Assembly: GCA_046262615.1 (NCBI GenBank)
Contig: JBHEML010000005.1
Span: forward strand, 263 to 64,262
Direction: 5' to 3'
DNA from: Candidatus Limnocylindria bacterium
GTDB taxonomy: Bacteria; Chloroflexota; Limnocylindria; P2-11E
Length of the DNA stretch: 64,000 nucleotides
In this document: positions 9,408 to 17,925 of the stretch, piece after piece
Position numbering within the stretch: the first letter of the stretch is position 1
Layout of the letters: each line of letters begins with the position of its first letter
Program-made: the position numbers and the translations under genes
The notes under the pieces: generated by a model
What the model saw: only the letters and a program-made list of their open reading frames with translations
Told to the model about the DNA's origin: nothing
The model's database searches: none

Positions 9408-10919
9408 CGGTGAGATCGAGGACCCTGTTCGGACTCGTGGCGGGGACGATCGCGGCCGCGGGCATGACGGCGGTCCTTGGCGTCCTGCGGCTGACGGTGG
9501 GCACGTCGTGGCCGCCGGAGCTCGTCGGCGACCGCATCGCGCCGCTCATAACCATCGCGTTCTTCAACGAGCTGCTCGTCCGCGTCGGCGGTTACAACGA
9601 GCTCAAGCAGCTCGGAGTGATCTCCGCGGTCGTCGGGCAGGTCGTCGCTGGAGCGCTCATGGGTCTCGCCTATTTCCGCGCCCCGGGTAGCCGCAGTCGG
9701 CGCGGAGCCGTGCTCGGCGGGTTCCTCGTGGCGGTCTGGCTGGCGATCATGGCGCTGTTCTGGCCGATCCTCGACACGAATTACCGGGGACTGCCGCGCG
9801 CGGCCGCGATCGCGGCGAACGCATTCGCCCACCTTGCAGCGATCGGCTTCTTTGGGGCGCTTCTCGTGCTGCTCGAGTCCCGACTCGCTCGCGCGAACGA
9901 GCCCGTCACGATCCTTGGACGCGTGGTGTCCCGTCGAGCCATCCTCGTGGCCGGCGGTGCCGCGGTCGGGTTCGCCGCGGTCGGCCTTGCCGTAGGCCGC
10001 CTCTTCGCGAACGCGACGTTCCACTACGACGGTCTGCGGTACAAGGGCCGCGACGTGCGGCCGATCACGCCGAACGATCGCTTCTACACGGTCACGAAGA
10101 ACGTCGCCGACCCCGCGGTCAGCGCGGCCGCGTGGCGCCTCGAGATCGGCGGCCTGGTGGACCGCCCCCGCACCTATTCGTTCGACGAGCTGCGCGAGCT
10201 CGCGTCGACCGTGCAGGAGACGACCCTGATGTGCATCAGCAACGCCGTTGGTGATGGCCTGATGAGCAACGCGAGGTGGAAGGGCGTACCGCTGCGGGCG
10301 ATCCTCGAGGCCGCGGGCCCGCGTCCCGGCGTCGTCGAGGCTGTGCTTCGCGGCGTTGACAGCTACAGCGACACCATCGCCTTCGAAAAGGCGATGGACC
10401 CGGCGACGCTCGTGGCATACGAGATGTGAGCCCCTCCCGCACCGCCACGGCTATCCGGTACGCGTCATCGTGCCGGGACTCTTCGGGGAGAAGAACGTGA
10501 AGTGGGTGACCCGGGTCGAGCTCGTCGACCACGACGCCAAGGGCTTCTACGAGAGCCAGGGATGGGGTCCTAGCTTCATCGTCCCCACGCACTCTCGGTT
10601 CGACGAACCGGAAGAAGGGTCTCGCGTCCCTGCTTCCGCGGCGACGCTTCGCGGTATCGCCTTCGCCGGCGCCCGCGGCGTCCGTGCCGTCGAGGTCAGC
10701 GTCGATGCCGGGCGGACCTGGCGAGGTGCCCGCATCGACTACCCGGGGACCACGTTGACCTGGGCGCTATGGAGCTACGACTGGCGCCCGGGGCCGGGAA
10801 ACTATGAGGCGCTGGTCCGAGCGACCGACGGCGAAGGGACACCGCAGACGGCGACGGAGCGCGGAACGATCCCGGAGGGCTCGACCGGATACCACCGCAT
10901 CCGGTTCACGGTCGTCTAG
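9404..10919 (+). pseudogene. Membrane-anchored sulfite-oxidase-family molybdopterin oxidoreductase, frameshifted near 10427
   Basis: N-part 9404-10429 (TM segments, ITPNDRFY, TLMCISN Mo-ligand Cys, NARWKGV) and C-part in the +1 frame to 10919 (EPLPHRHGYPVR..PGLFGEKNVKW, dimerisation domain); expected AYEMNGEPL reads AYEM-t-EPL. Confidence 0.85.
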
Positions 10920-11515
10920 CCGGATCTGACCCGGTCCGGGAAGTACTGGCGGACCTTTTTCACCTTCGGAAGCGCATTGAACATGATGTACGGGTCACGC
11001 TGGTTGCGCTCCGCGTAATCCTGGTGGTAGGTCTCCGCTTCGTAGAACGCCTCCAGAGGCGTGACCTCGGTGACGATCCGAGCATCGAAGACGCCGGCCT
11101 TGTCCAGCTGCGCGATGTACGCCTGGGCGACGCGTTTCTGCTCGTCGTCGCCGTAAAAGATCGCGGAACGATATTGCCGCCCGACGTCGGCGCCCTGCCG
11201 GTCGCGCTGGGTGGGATCGTGGGCGATCGAGAAGAACACCTTCAGAAGCTGTCCGTAACTCGTCCGGCCGGGGTCGAAGCGGATCCGCACGGCTTCGGCG
11301 TGTCCGGTCCTGCCCGTGCAGACGGTCTTGTAATCGGCGGTCTCGGCGGTGCCGCCGGCGTAGCCCGACTTCACCTCGCTCACGCCGTCGAGCTGCTTGT
11401 ACACGGCTTCGACGCACCAGAAACAGCCGCCAGCGAGGACCGCGGTGGCCGGCTCGCTCGACGAGTGCGGCGTGACGTCGCTTTGCGGATCGGGGAACTG
11501 TTCGGGAGAGACCAT
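10916..11515 (-). CDS. msrA: Peptide-methionine (S)-S-oxide reductase
   Basis: GGCFWC active site, TGHAEAV, QGADVGRQYRS, AETYHQDY. Confidence 0.95.
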   Translation of the reverse strand: MVSPEQFPDPQSDVTPHSSSEPATAVLAGGCFWCVEAVYKQLDGVSEVKSGYAGGTAETADYKTVCTGRTGHAEAVRIRFDPGRTSYGQLLKVFFSIAHDPTQRDRQGADVGRQYRSAIFYGDDEQKRVAQAYIAQLDKAGVFDARIVTEVTPLEAFYEAETYHQDYAERNQRDPYIMFNALPKVKKVRQYFPDRVRSG

Positions 11516-11611
11516 GGAGGCACCTCGATGCTGCGGATGGATCGTTCGCTGTTCAGTCTACGGCGCGACCGTCCGTCCGCTGGTCGGCCAGCGAATGCGG
11601 CACGTCGCCCG

Positions 11612-12301
11612 CTACGCGCCCGGCGTCAGCTCCTCCGCTCCACGAAGACGGCTGGATCCCTCGAAGGCGGCGGCCAGCTCTTCGCTCCCTTGCTCGCGCG
11701 CCAGCTCCGCCGCTGTCTTGCCGTCGCGCGTCGGCACGCTCGCATCGGCGCCCGCGGCGAGGAGGGCCTCCACGACCTCGCGGTCGCCCATCTCAGCCGC
11801 GCCGTGGAGCGCCGTCCAACCGTGCCGCTGCTGCGCGTTCACGTCCGCGCCGGCCGCGATCAGCGCGAGGGCACTTTCGCGGTCGCCCCCGTTGGCGACA
11901 GCGCTGTGAAGTGCGGTCACCTGCATCGGATTGCGCGCGACCGCTCGGACATCGGCACCTGCCGCGATCAACTCGCGGATGGCGTTCGGGTGCTTGAAGA
12001 ACGCGGCGAGCCCAAGCGGGAAGAACCCGTCGGGACTGTACGCGGAGGCGAGCGACGGGTCCGCGTCCACGAGCTCGCGCACCCGCGCTGTGTCGCCCAC
12101 CGCCGACGCCTCGAACACGTCGAGCTCGCGCCCCTGCGCGAGCAGCAGGTCCGCGATGTCGTCCTTTCCGTGGTAAACGGCCGTGAGGAGTACCGATACT
12201 CCGTCCGGATCGCGCGCCCCCGCCGCCGCGGAGTCCCTCGCGAGGATGCGGGCGACCTCGTCTCGGTCGCCTTCCTTGACCGCAGCGAAGATATCGGTCA
12301 C
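11612..12301 (-). CDS. Ankyrin repeat protein
   Basis: Repeated TALHxA / LIAAGADVN units; GTG at 12301 preceded by GGAGG. Confidence 0.88.
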   Translation of the reverse strand: MTDIFAAVKEGDRDEVARILARDSAAAGARDPDGVSVLLTAVYHGKDDIADLLLAQGRELDVFEASAVGDTARVRELVDADPSLASAYSPDGFFPLGLAAFFKHPNAIRELIAAGADVRAVARNPMQVTALHSAVANGGDRESALALIAAGADVNAQQRHGWTALHGAAEMGDREVVEALLAAGADASVPTRDGKTAAELAREQGSEELAAAFEGSSRLRGAEELTPGA

Positions 12302-12459
12302 CGCATCGCCTCCCTGACTGGCCTCGACCTCCAGCATCGCCCGCGGTGGCAGAATCGTAGTGTGGCCCACGCGCGGAAGCGCTCTCGCGGCGTTACGGGG
12401 ACAGCGTGATGCGCCCGCTTTTTCTTCGCCTTCTTCGCGGCCGTCATCGCGTCCCACTG

Positions 12460-12654
12460 ACGGGCCTGTCCGGCTCGCCCGGTCTTCTGGCCCGCGGCGG
12501 GGCCGTCCTCGGCGGGCTTGCGCTGTCGCGGCCGGACCTGCACTTCGTTTACAACCTCGCCGAAAGGGTGCCGCTGGCCGCCGCATTCGTCCGAGCGTCC
12601 AGGTCAACGGCATGGGCCGGGAAGCCGCTCCGGCCCTCGTCATCCCCGGCATAA
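12460..12654 (+). pseudogene. Probable 3' fragment of a membrane protein gene
   Basis: Protein-like segment GSPGLLARGG..RPDLHFVYNLAERVPLAAAFV with no plausible 5' half. Confidence 0.35.
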
Positions 12655-12676
12655 GGCCAGCCCCGAGGACCGGACG

Positions 12677-13510
12677 GTGACCGCGGGCGCCGACCGCACC
12701 GGGGAGCAGCTCGCGGCGAACCGGCGACTCTGGGACGAACGCGTCGACGTCCACTACCGTTCGGCGTTCTACGACGTCGATTCGTTCAGGACCGGTGGCT
12801 CACGCATCTCGCAGTTCGAGCTCGACGAGATCGGCGAAGTCGCGAACAGGGACCTCCTGCACCTCCAGTGTCACTTCGGCCTGGACACGCTGTCGTTCGC
12901 GCGACTGGGTGCGCGCGTTACAGGCGTCGATTTCTCCGCACCCGCCGTCGAGCGCGGCCGTGAGCTGGCGGCGGAGCTCGGCCTGGCCGCGACGTTCGTG
13001 CCGTCGGATGTCTTCGAGCTGCCGGGGGCGCTGAGCGGCGATTTCGACATCGTCTACACGTCACACGGTGTCCTCGGTTGGCTGCCCGACCTGCGCCGCT
13101 GGGCCGAGGTCATCGCGCACTTCCTGCGTCCCGGTGGCGTCTTCTACATGGCCGAGATACATCCGGTGGCCCAGGCGCTCGACGACGCGGAGGAGGCGAG
13201 GGAGCCGCGCCTGCGCTACCCGTACTTCTCGGTGCCGGCCGCACTCGAGTTCCCGGTGGCCGGTTCATACGCGGAGCCGACCGCGACCTTCGCCGAGCCC
13301 CTCGAGTACACCTGGACGCACGACCTGGGCGAGATCGTCACGAGCATCGCCGGCGCTGGGCTGCGGATCGACCTTCTCCACGAGCACCCGTTCAACGCTT
13401 GGCGCCTTCCCTTCCTGGAGCTGCGTGACGGCCAATGGCGGTTGCCGACGGATACGAAGGGCGAGCTACCGCTGTCCTTCTCGCTGAGGGCGACGAAGCC
13501 GCAGGGCTGA
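12677..13510 (+). CDS. Class I SAM-dependent methyltransferase
   Basis: LLHLQCHFGLDT motif I variant, VTGVDFS, FDIVYTS, LRPGG; GTG 12677 with GAGGA upstream. Confidence 0.9.
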   Translation: MTAGADRTGEQLAANRRLWDERVDVHYRSAFYDVDSFRTGGSRISQFELDEIGEVANRDLLHLQCHFGLDTLSFARLGARVTGVDFSAPAVERGRELAAELGLAATFVPSDVFELPGALSGDFDIVYTSHGVLGWLPDLRRWAEVIAHFLRPGGVFYMAEIHPVAQALDDAEEAREPRLRYPYFSVPAALEFPVAGSYAEPTATFAEPLEYTWTHDLGEIVTSIAGAGLRIDLLHEHPFNAWRLPFLELRDGQWRLPTDTKGELPLSFSLRATKPQG

Positions 13511-13593
13511 CCTCAGCGGATCGGGCGGCGGGACATCGTCGTTGCGGCTCGCGCGGCCAGCGCGTACGCTTCGCCGCAACAACTTCATACGCG

Positions 13594-13695
13594 TCTCATC
13601 GAGAGGGTGGAGGGAAGACGGCCCGTTGAAGCCCGACAACCTGCGGCGAACGCCGTAAGGTGCCAAGTCCGGTGGCGGGGAGCCACGAGATGAGA
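13594..13695 (+). ncRNA. SAM-I (S-box) riboswitch
   Basis: P1 TCTCATC...GATGAGA, GAGAG-GTGGAGGGA..GGCCC..TGAAGCCC..CAACC, AAGGTGCCAAGTCC consensus elements. Confidence 0.93.
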
Positions 13696-13705
13696 AGCGA
13701 GATGG

Positions 13706-13731
13706 GACCGGTCCGTCGGACCGGTCTTTTT
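13706..13731 (+). terminator. Intrinsic terminator of the riboswitch expression platform
   Basis: GACCGGTCC-gtc-GGACCGGTC hairpin followed by TTTTT. Confidence 0.85.
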
Positions 13732-13774
13732 CGTTCCGGACTGCTCGAAGCGAGCGCGTGGAGAGGGGAGACGC

Positions 13775-15013
13775 ATGCCTCGCTACAGGCTTCGCTGCCG
13801 CGCGTGCGGCGCAACGGGAAGCGCCGACGACCGCCACTCGTGTTCGGAGTGTCTGGGCCCGCTCGAGGTCGTCTACGACGACGCGCTCGCGTCAGGAGGC
13901 CAGCTCCGCGAGGAGATCGAATCCGGCCCGCGGTCGATCTGGCGTTACCGTCCGCTGCTGCCCGTCGATCGCGTCGACGACCCGGGGCATGTCGGATGGA
14001 CGCCCCTCGTACGCGCAGATCGCCTCGGCGCCGCGCTAGGGCTTCGGCAGCTGTACTTGAAGAACGACACGGTCACGCCGTCCTTCTCGTTCAAGGATCG
14101 TGTGGTCGCGATCGCGGCGGCGAAGGCGAAGGAGTTCGGCTACGACACGATCGCGTGCGCTTCGACGGGAAACCTCGCCGGCGCCGTCGCGGCGGCCGCG
14201 GCCCGCCTGGGGCTGCGAGCCGTCGTGTTCGTCCCTGCCGGCATCGAGCCCGCGAAACTCGCTGCGCCGGTGATCTACGGAGCGCAGCTGGTCGAGGTGA
14301 CGGGCACGTATGACGACGTAAACCGCCTCGTTGCGCAGGTCGCGGACGAGCGTCACTGGGCTTTCGTGAACTTCACGCTGCGTCCCTACTACACCGAGGG
14401 ATCGAAGACCCTGCTGTTCGAGACCGTCGAGCAGCTCGGCTGGCGCCTCCCCGACGCGGTCGTCATCCCGGTCGCATCCGGCGCGCTCTTCGTGAACACG
14501 GCCAAGGCGGCCCGCGAGTTGGTCAGCACCGGCCTCGCGGCAGACCTCCCACTCAGGCTGTTCGGCGCGCAGCCGGAGGGCTGCGGTCCGGTCGCGGCCG
14601 CGTACGCCGGTGGCCAGCAGCGCTTCACGCCGGTGCGGCACCCCGCGACGGTGGCGCATTCGCTGGCGATCGGTTCGCCTGCCGACGGGAACGCGGTGCT
14701 CTCGCTCGCGCGTTCGAGCGGAGGAGCGGTCGAAGCCGCGACCGACGACGAGATCCTCGAGGCGATCCGGCTCGTCGCGCGCACCGAGGGCATCTTCGTA
14801 GAGCCGGCCGCGGGCACCACGGTCGCCTCCCTCGCACGGCTCGCGCGCGGGAACGCGATCGATCCTGACGCCACCGTCGTCGCGTACCTCACCGGCAACG
14901 GCTTCAAGACGGCCGATGTCGCCCTTCCCGCCTCGACCGGCACGATCCGCATCCCCGCCCGGCTCGATGCCTTCCTCGAGGCGTTCGAGGGCGTCGAGAA
15001 GGAGGCGGCGTGA
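13775..15013 (+). CDS. thrC: Threonine synthase-like fold-type II PLP enzyme (SAM-regulated)
   Basis: N-terminal CxxC..CxxC, SFKDR PLP lysine, ASTGN, EGSKT, PVASG, LTGNGFK; SD GGAG. Confidence 0.85.
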   Translation: MPRYRLRCRACGATGSADDRHSCSECLGPLEVVYDDALASGGQLREEIESGPRSIWRYRPLLPVDRVDDPGHVGWTPLVRADRLGAALGLRQLYLKNDTVTPSFSFKDRVVAIAAAKAKEFGYDTIACASTGNLAGAVAAAAARLGLRAVVFVPAGIEPAKLAAPVIYGAQLVEVTGTYDDVNRLVAQVADERHWAFVNFTLRPYYTEGSKTLLFETVEQLGWRLPDAVVIPVASGALFVNTAKAARELVSTGLAADLPLRLFGAQPEGCGPVAAAYAGGQQRFTPVRHPATVAHSLAIGSPADGNAVLSLARSSGGAVEAATDDEILEAIRLVARTEGIFVEPAAGTTVASLARLARGNAIDPDATVVAYLTGNGFKTADVALPASTGTIRIPARLDAFLEAFEGVEKEAA

Positions 15014-15282
15014 TGGCCACGATCAGGATCCCCACCGTATTGCGGCCGCTGGCCGGCGGCGCGCCGGTGCTCAAGTCGCCGGCGCAGACGCTCTCCGCGC
15101 TCCGCGCCGACCTGTCCGCGCGTTTCCCGCCGCTCGCCGCGCGGCTGTACGCCGCCGACGGCGCGCTCCAGGAATACGTGAACGTCTTCGTCGACGGGAA
15201 CGAGGCCCGCGAGCTCGCGGCGGACGCGCCGATCTCTCCGGACGCCGAGGTCGTCCTGCTCCCCGCGGTGTCCGGTGGGTAG
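15013..15282 (+). CDS. MoaD/ThiS/CysO-like ubiquitin-fold sulfur carrier protein
   Basis: IRIPTVLR start, YVNVFVDG, C-terminal PAVSGG; coupled to the thrC-like gene. Confidence 0.9.
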   Translation: MATIRIPTVLRPLAGGAPVLKSPAQTLSALRADLSARFPPLAARLYAADGALQEYVNVFVDGNEARELAADAPISPDAEVVLLPAVSGG

Positions 15283-15411
15283 CGCGCGCGGTCTGGACTT
15301 GCGCGCCACGAGCACCGCAAACTGGAACGACGTGCCTGATGGCGGGCGGATCGCGGGCGCGGCTCGCGGCGTGAGCCGACTGGCGCGGCGATCGCCGTGT
15401 GAACCTTCGCG

Positions 15412-16176
15412 ATGACGCTGCTCCAGTGCTGCGTGAACGGACGCCGCACCCGCGCCGACCATCCGGCGGTACCGCTGACCCCGGCGGAGATAGCCGAGGA
15501 CTGCCGCCTCGCGGTGCGCGCGGGGGCGCAAGAGCTGCACGTCCATCCGCGCGATGGCGACGGCCGTCAGACGCTCGACCCCTGGTACTGCGACGCCACG
15601 GTCAGCGCGGTCCATGCGACGTGCCCCGGGATCCCGCTGGGGCTCACGACGATCGCGGACGCGCAGCCCGACCCTATCCGGCGCCTCGCCCTGGTGCGCG
15701 CGTGGCACGTCCCTCCCGACTACGTGTCGGTGAACTTCAGTGAAGACGGCGCACTCGAGCTATGCGCTGCGCTGCGCGAGCGGAAGATCGGGATCGAGGC
15801 GGGACTCTGGGGCGAACCTGACGCCGAGCGACTCATCGCGAGCGGCCTCGCCGACCGTTGCCTCCGCGTGCTTATCGAGCCCGTCGACGTGGACCCGGCG
15901 ACAGCGCTCAGGACCGCGCGAAGCATGAGCCGGCTCGTTCGCGGTGCCCGCATCGCGCTGCCACAACTGGTCCACGGACGAGACGGTGCGGCCTGGCATG
16001 TCCTCGTCGCCGCGCTGCATGACGGCGACGACGTCCGGATCGGGCTCGAAGACACGCTGGTGCGCGACGACGGCGCGACAGCGCGCGACAATGCCGAGCT
16101 CGTGGCGATCGCGGGCCGCACGGTCGAACGGCGGCACGAGGATGAGACGGACACGGGCGGCAGCGCACCCGCCTAG
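15412..16176 (+). CDS. Beta-keto acid cleavage enzyme family (BKACE/DUF849)
   Basis: NGxR..HPAVPLTP, HVHPRD metal motif, RIGLED. Confidence 0.88.
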   Translation: MTLLQCCVNGRRTRADHPAVPLTPAEIAEDCRLAVRAGAQELHVHPRDGDGRQTLDPWYCDATVSAVHATCPGIPLGLTTIADAQPDPIRRLALVRAWHVPPDYVSVNFSEDGALELCAALRERKIGIEAGLWGEPDAERLIASGLADRCLRVLIEPVDVDPATALRTARSMSRLVRGARIALPQLVHGRDGAAWHVLVAALHDGDDVRIGLEDTLVRDDGATARDNAELVAIAGRTVERRHEDETDTGGSAPA

Positions 16177-16248
16177 CTCACGGTCAAGCTGAGCCTTCGC
16201 GCTGTCTTGGCGAACGCGCGGCTGAGGGAACGCCCGCTGTGTTTCCGA

Positions 16249-16578
16249 CTACGTCCCTTCGCGCTTACGGCTGCGTTCGGAGCTGAAGCCCTCGGGATAA
16301 CGTCGCTCGAGTTTGCGGATGTTCATGGCGGCGACGTCGGCGAGCGTCACGCCGATCGCACGCGCCGCGAGGGCCGCGTACCAGAGGATGTCGCCGAGCT
16401 CCTCGGCCACGTGGTCAGCATCGAGATCGTGCGCGTGGAACGCGACCTTCTTGATGTGATCCGCGACCTCGCCGGCCTCTCCAGCGAGCCCGAGGCCCGC
16501 GAGCAGGAGCGTCTCTCTGCGCGAGCCCGCTGAAGGAGCGGTGCGCGCTGCGGCGGCTTCGTACCAGGAGAAGTCCAT
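16249..16578 (-). CDS. MazG-like nucleoside triphosphate pyrophosphohydrolase
   Basis: LGLAGEAGEVAD..KK..H, EELGDILWY, NIRKLERRYP; start moved to ATG 16578. Confidence 0.88.
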   Translation of the reverse strand: MDFSWYEAAAARTAPSAGSRRETLLLAGLGLAGEAGEVADHIKKVAFHAHDLDADHVAEELGDILWYAALAARAIGVTLADVAAMNIRKLERRYPEGFSSERSRKREGT

Positions 16579-16579
16579 C

Positions 16580-17902
16580 TCAGCGCTGGTAGTCAGCGCG
16601 GAAGGCCTCGAAGCGCGAGTAGAACGTGTCGAGGGTCTCGCCGAAGGCCGCCGTGAACGCGCTGCGCCAGTCCGTACCGGTGCCGACGCGCGCGCACCAG
16701 CTACGCAGGCGGAGCGGACCGCTTGACGCGAGGAGCCGATCGACGGCGAGATACGCGACGGCGAAGGGATTCGTATCCGAGGGCCAGCTCGACTCGAGAG
16801 AGCGCAGCGCGATCGGCGTGCCGCTCTGGAGCTGACGCCGCACGAACGTGTCGAGCGCAGCCGCGGAGACCAGCCCGTCTGTCTCCATCGCGCGGTACGC
16901 GAGCGATTCGGCCATGCCCTCGCTGATCCAGCGCGGACCGAGCATGCACGCATCGCCGCCCAGCTCGTGCTGCCAAACGTGCACGTATTCATGCGCGGCT
17001 AGTTCCTTGCGCTCGGTGACCGCGGTCCATGTATCGGGTGCGGCCGCGAGCGGGTTCTGCCACTCGCTGTTGTGCGTGACGATCTCGAACGCGGCGCCCG
17101 TCGTGATGCAGCAATACCTCTGCGTCCCGTCGCCGGTGTACACATGCGCATCCGCGCGGCCGGAGCGATCCCCACCGACGAAGGAGCGCAGGTAGCGCGC
17201 CTCACGCGCCACGCCCTCGTGCACGGCGGCGATGTCCTGAGCGAGCACGCCCAGCCCGATGCTGTAGTACAGGCCGGCGGGGTCGCCGGGCGTGGACGCC
17301 GGGTCGCTTCCGTCCGCGTTCAGCACCGTGATCTGCCAGAAGACGCCGAAGTCCTCCATCCAAGTCGCGCCCTCGATGAGCGGACGGATCCCGATACGGT
17401 ACGTGCCCGGAGTGACCGGCGCGCGCACCGTGAACTGGAACCAGGCGATCTGTCCCGGGCCGACGTACGCCGATGGCTGGACCGCCACGCGGTCGTAACG
17501 CGGCCAACCCGTGTCCGGCGATCCGAGCTGACCGTCCCCGCCGACGATGCTCGGCTGGTCCTGGCCCGGTTCCCACTGCCACGTACCGAGGTAGGCCGAT
17601 TCACCCATGCGGCCCTGCACCCAGCCGCGCGACCCCGAGTTGTAATAGGCGACCACGGCGGTGGCGCTCTGCCCGGGGCAAAGGCGCATGTAGCCGCTCT
17701 GCCCGTACCACGACGCGTGGAAGCCGGGTATCCCTGCCGGCACCCGCGCGGGCGGCGGAATGCCGGGCAGGACCGATGAGGCGCAGCCCGCGGCGGCGAC
17801 GCGCGCAGACGCGACCACGCCGCAAAGGACCAGCCCAACGCATGCGAGGACAGCGATGGTCCGCGTCACGGCGTACAGCGTAGTGGCCTTGCCTCGGCCC
17901 AC
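16580..17902 (-). CDS. Secreted protein: Ig-like domain plus HExxH metallopeptidase-like domain
   Basis: Signal peptide; YNSGSRGW..VxPGQ..WFQFTVRAPVTPGTY (NBR1-Ig-like); AHEYVH..WISEGMA gluzincin-like motif. Confidence 0.7.
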   Translation of the reverse strand: MGRGKATTLYAVTRTIAVLACVGLVLCGVVASARVAAAGCASSVLPGIPPPARVPAGIPGFHASWYGQSGYMRLCPGQSATAVVAYYNSGSRGWVQGRMGESAYLGTWQWEPGQDQPSIVGGDGQLGSPDTGWPRYDRVAVQPSAYVGPGQIAWFQFTVRAPVTPGTYRIGIRPLIEGATWMEDFGVFWQITVLNADGSDPASTPGDPAGLYYSIGLGVLAQDIAAVHEGVAREARYLRSFVGGDRSGRADAHVYTGDGTQRYCCITTGAAFEIVTHNSEWQNPLAAAPDTWTAVTERKELAAHEYVHVWQHELGGDACMLGPRWISEGMAESLAYRAMETDGLVSAAALDTFVRRQLQSGTPIALRSLESSWPSDTNPFAVAYLAVDRLLASSGPLRLRSWCARVGTGTDWRSAFTAAFGETLDTFYSRFEAFRADYQR

Positions 17903-17925
17903 CCTCGCTATCAGACTGCACAGCG

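Noticed and set aside
10427-10429. UGA as selenocysteine or readthrough in the molybdo-enzyme
   Set aside because: The conserved sequence continues in the +1 frame, not in frame, and the catalytic Cys is already encoded upstream
12298-12447. 49-aa basic ORF (MTAAKKAKKKR...) overlapping the ankyrin start
   Set aside because: No recognisable motif; the region also holds the probable ankyrin promoter (TACGAT) and SD
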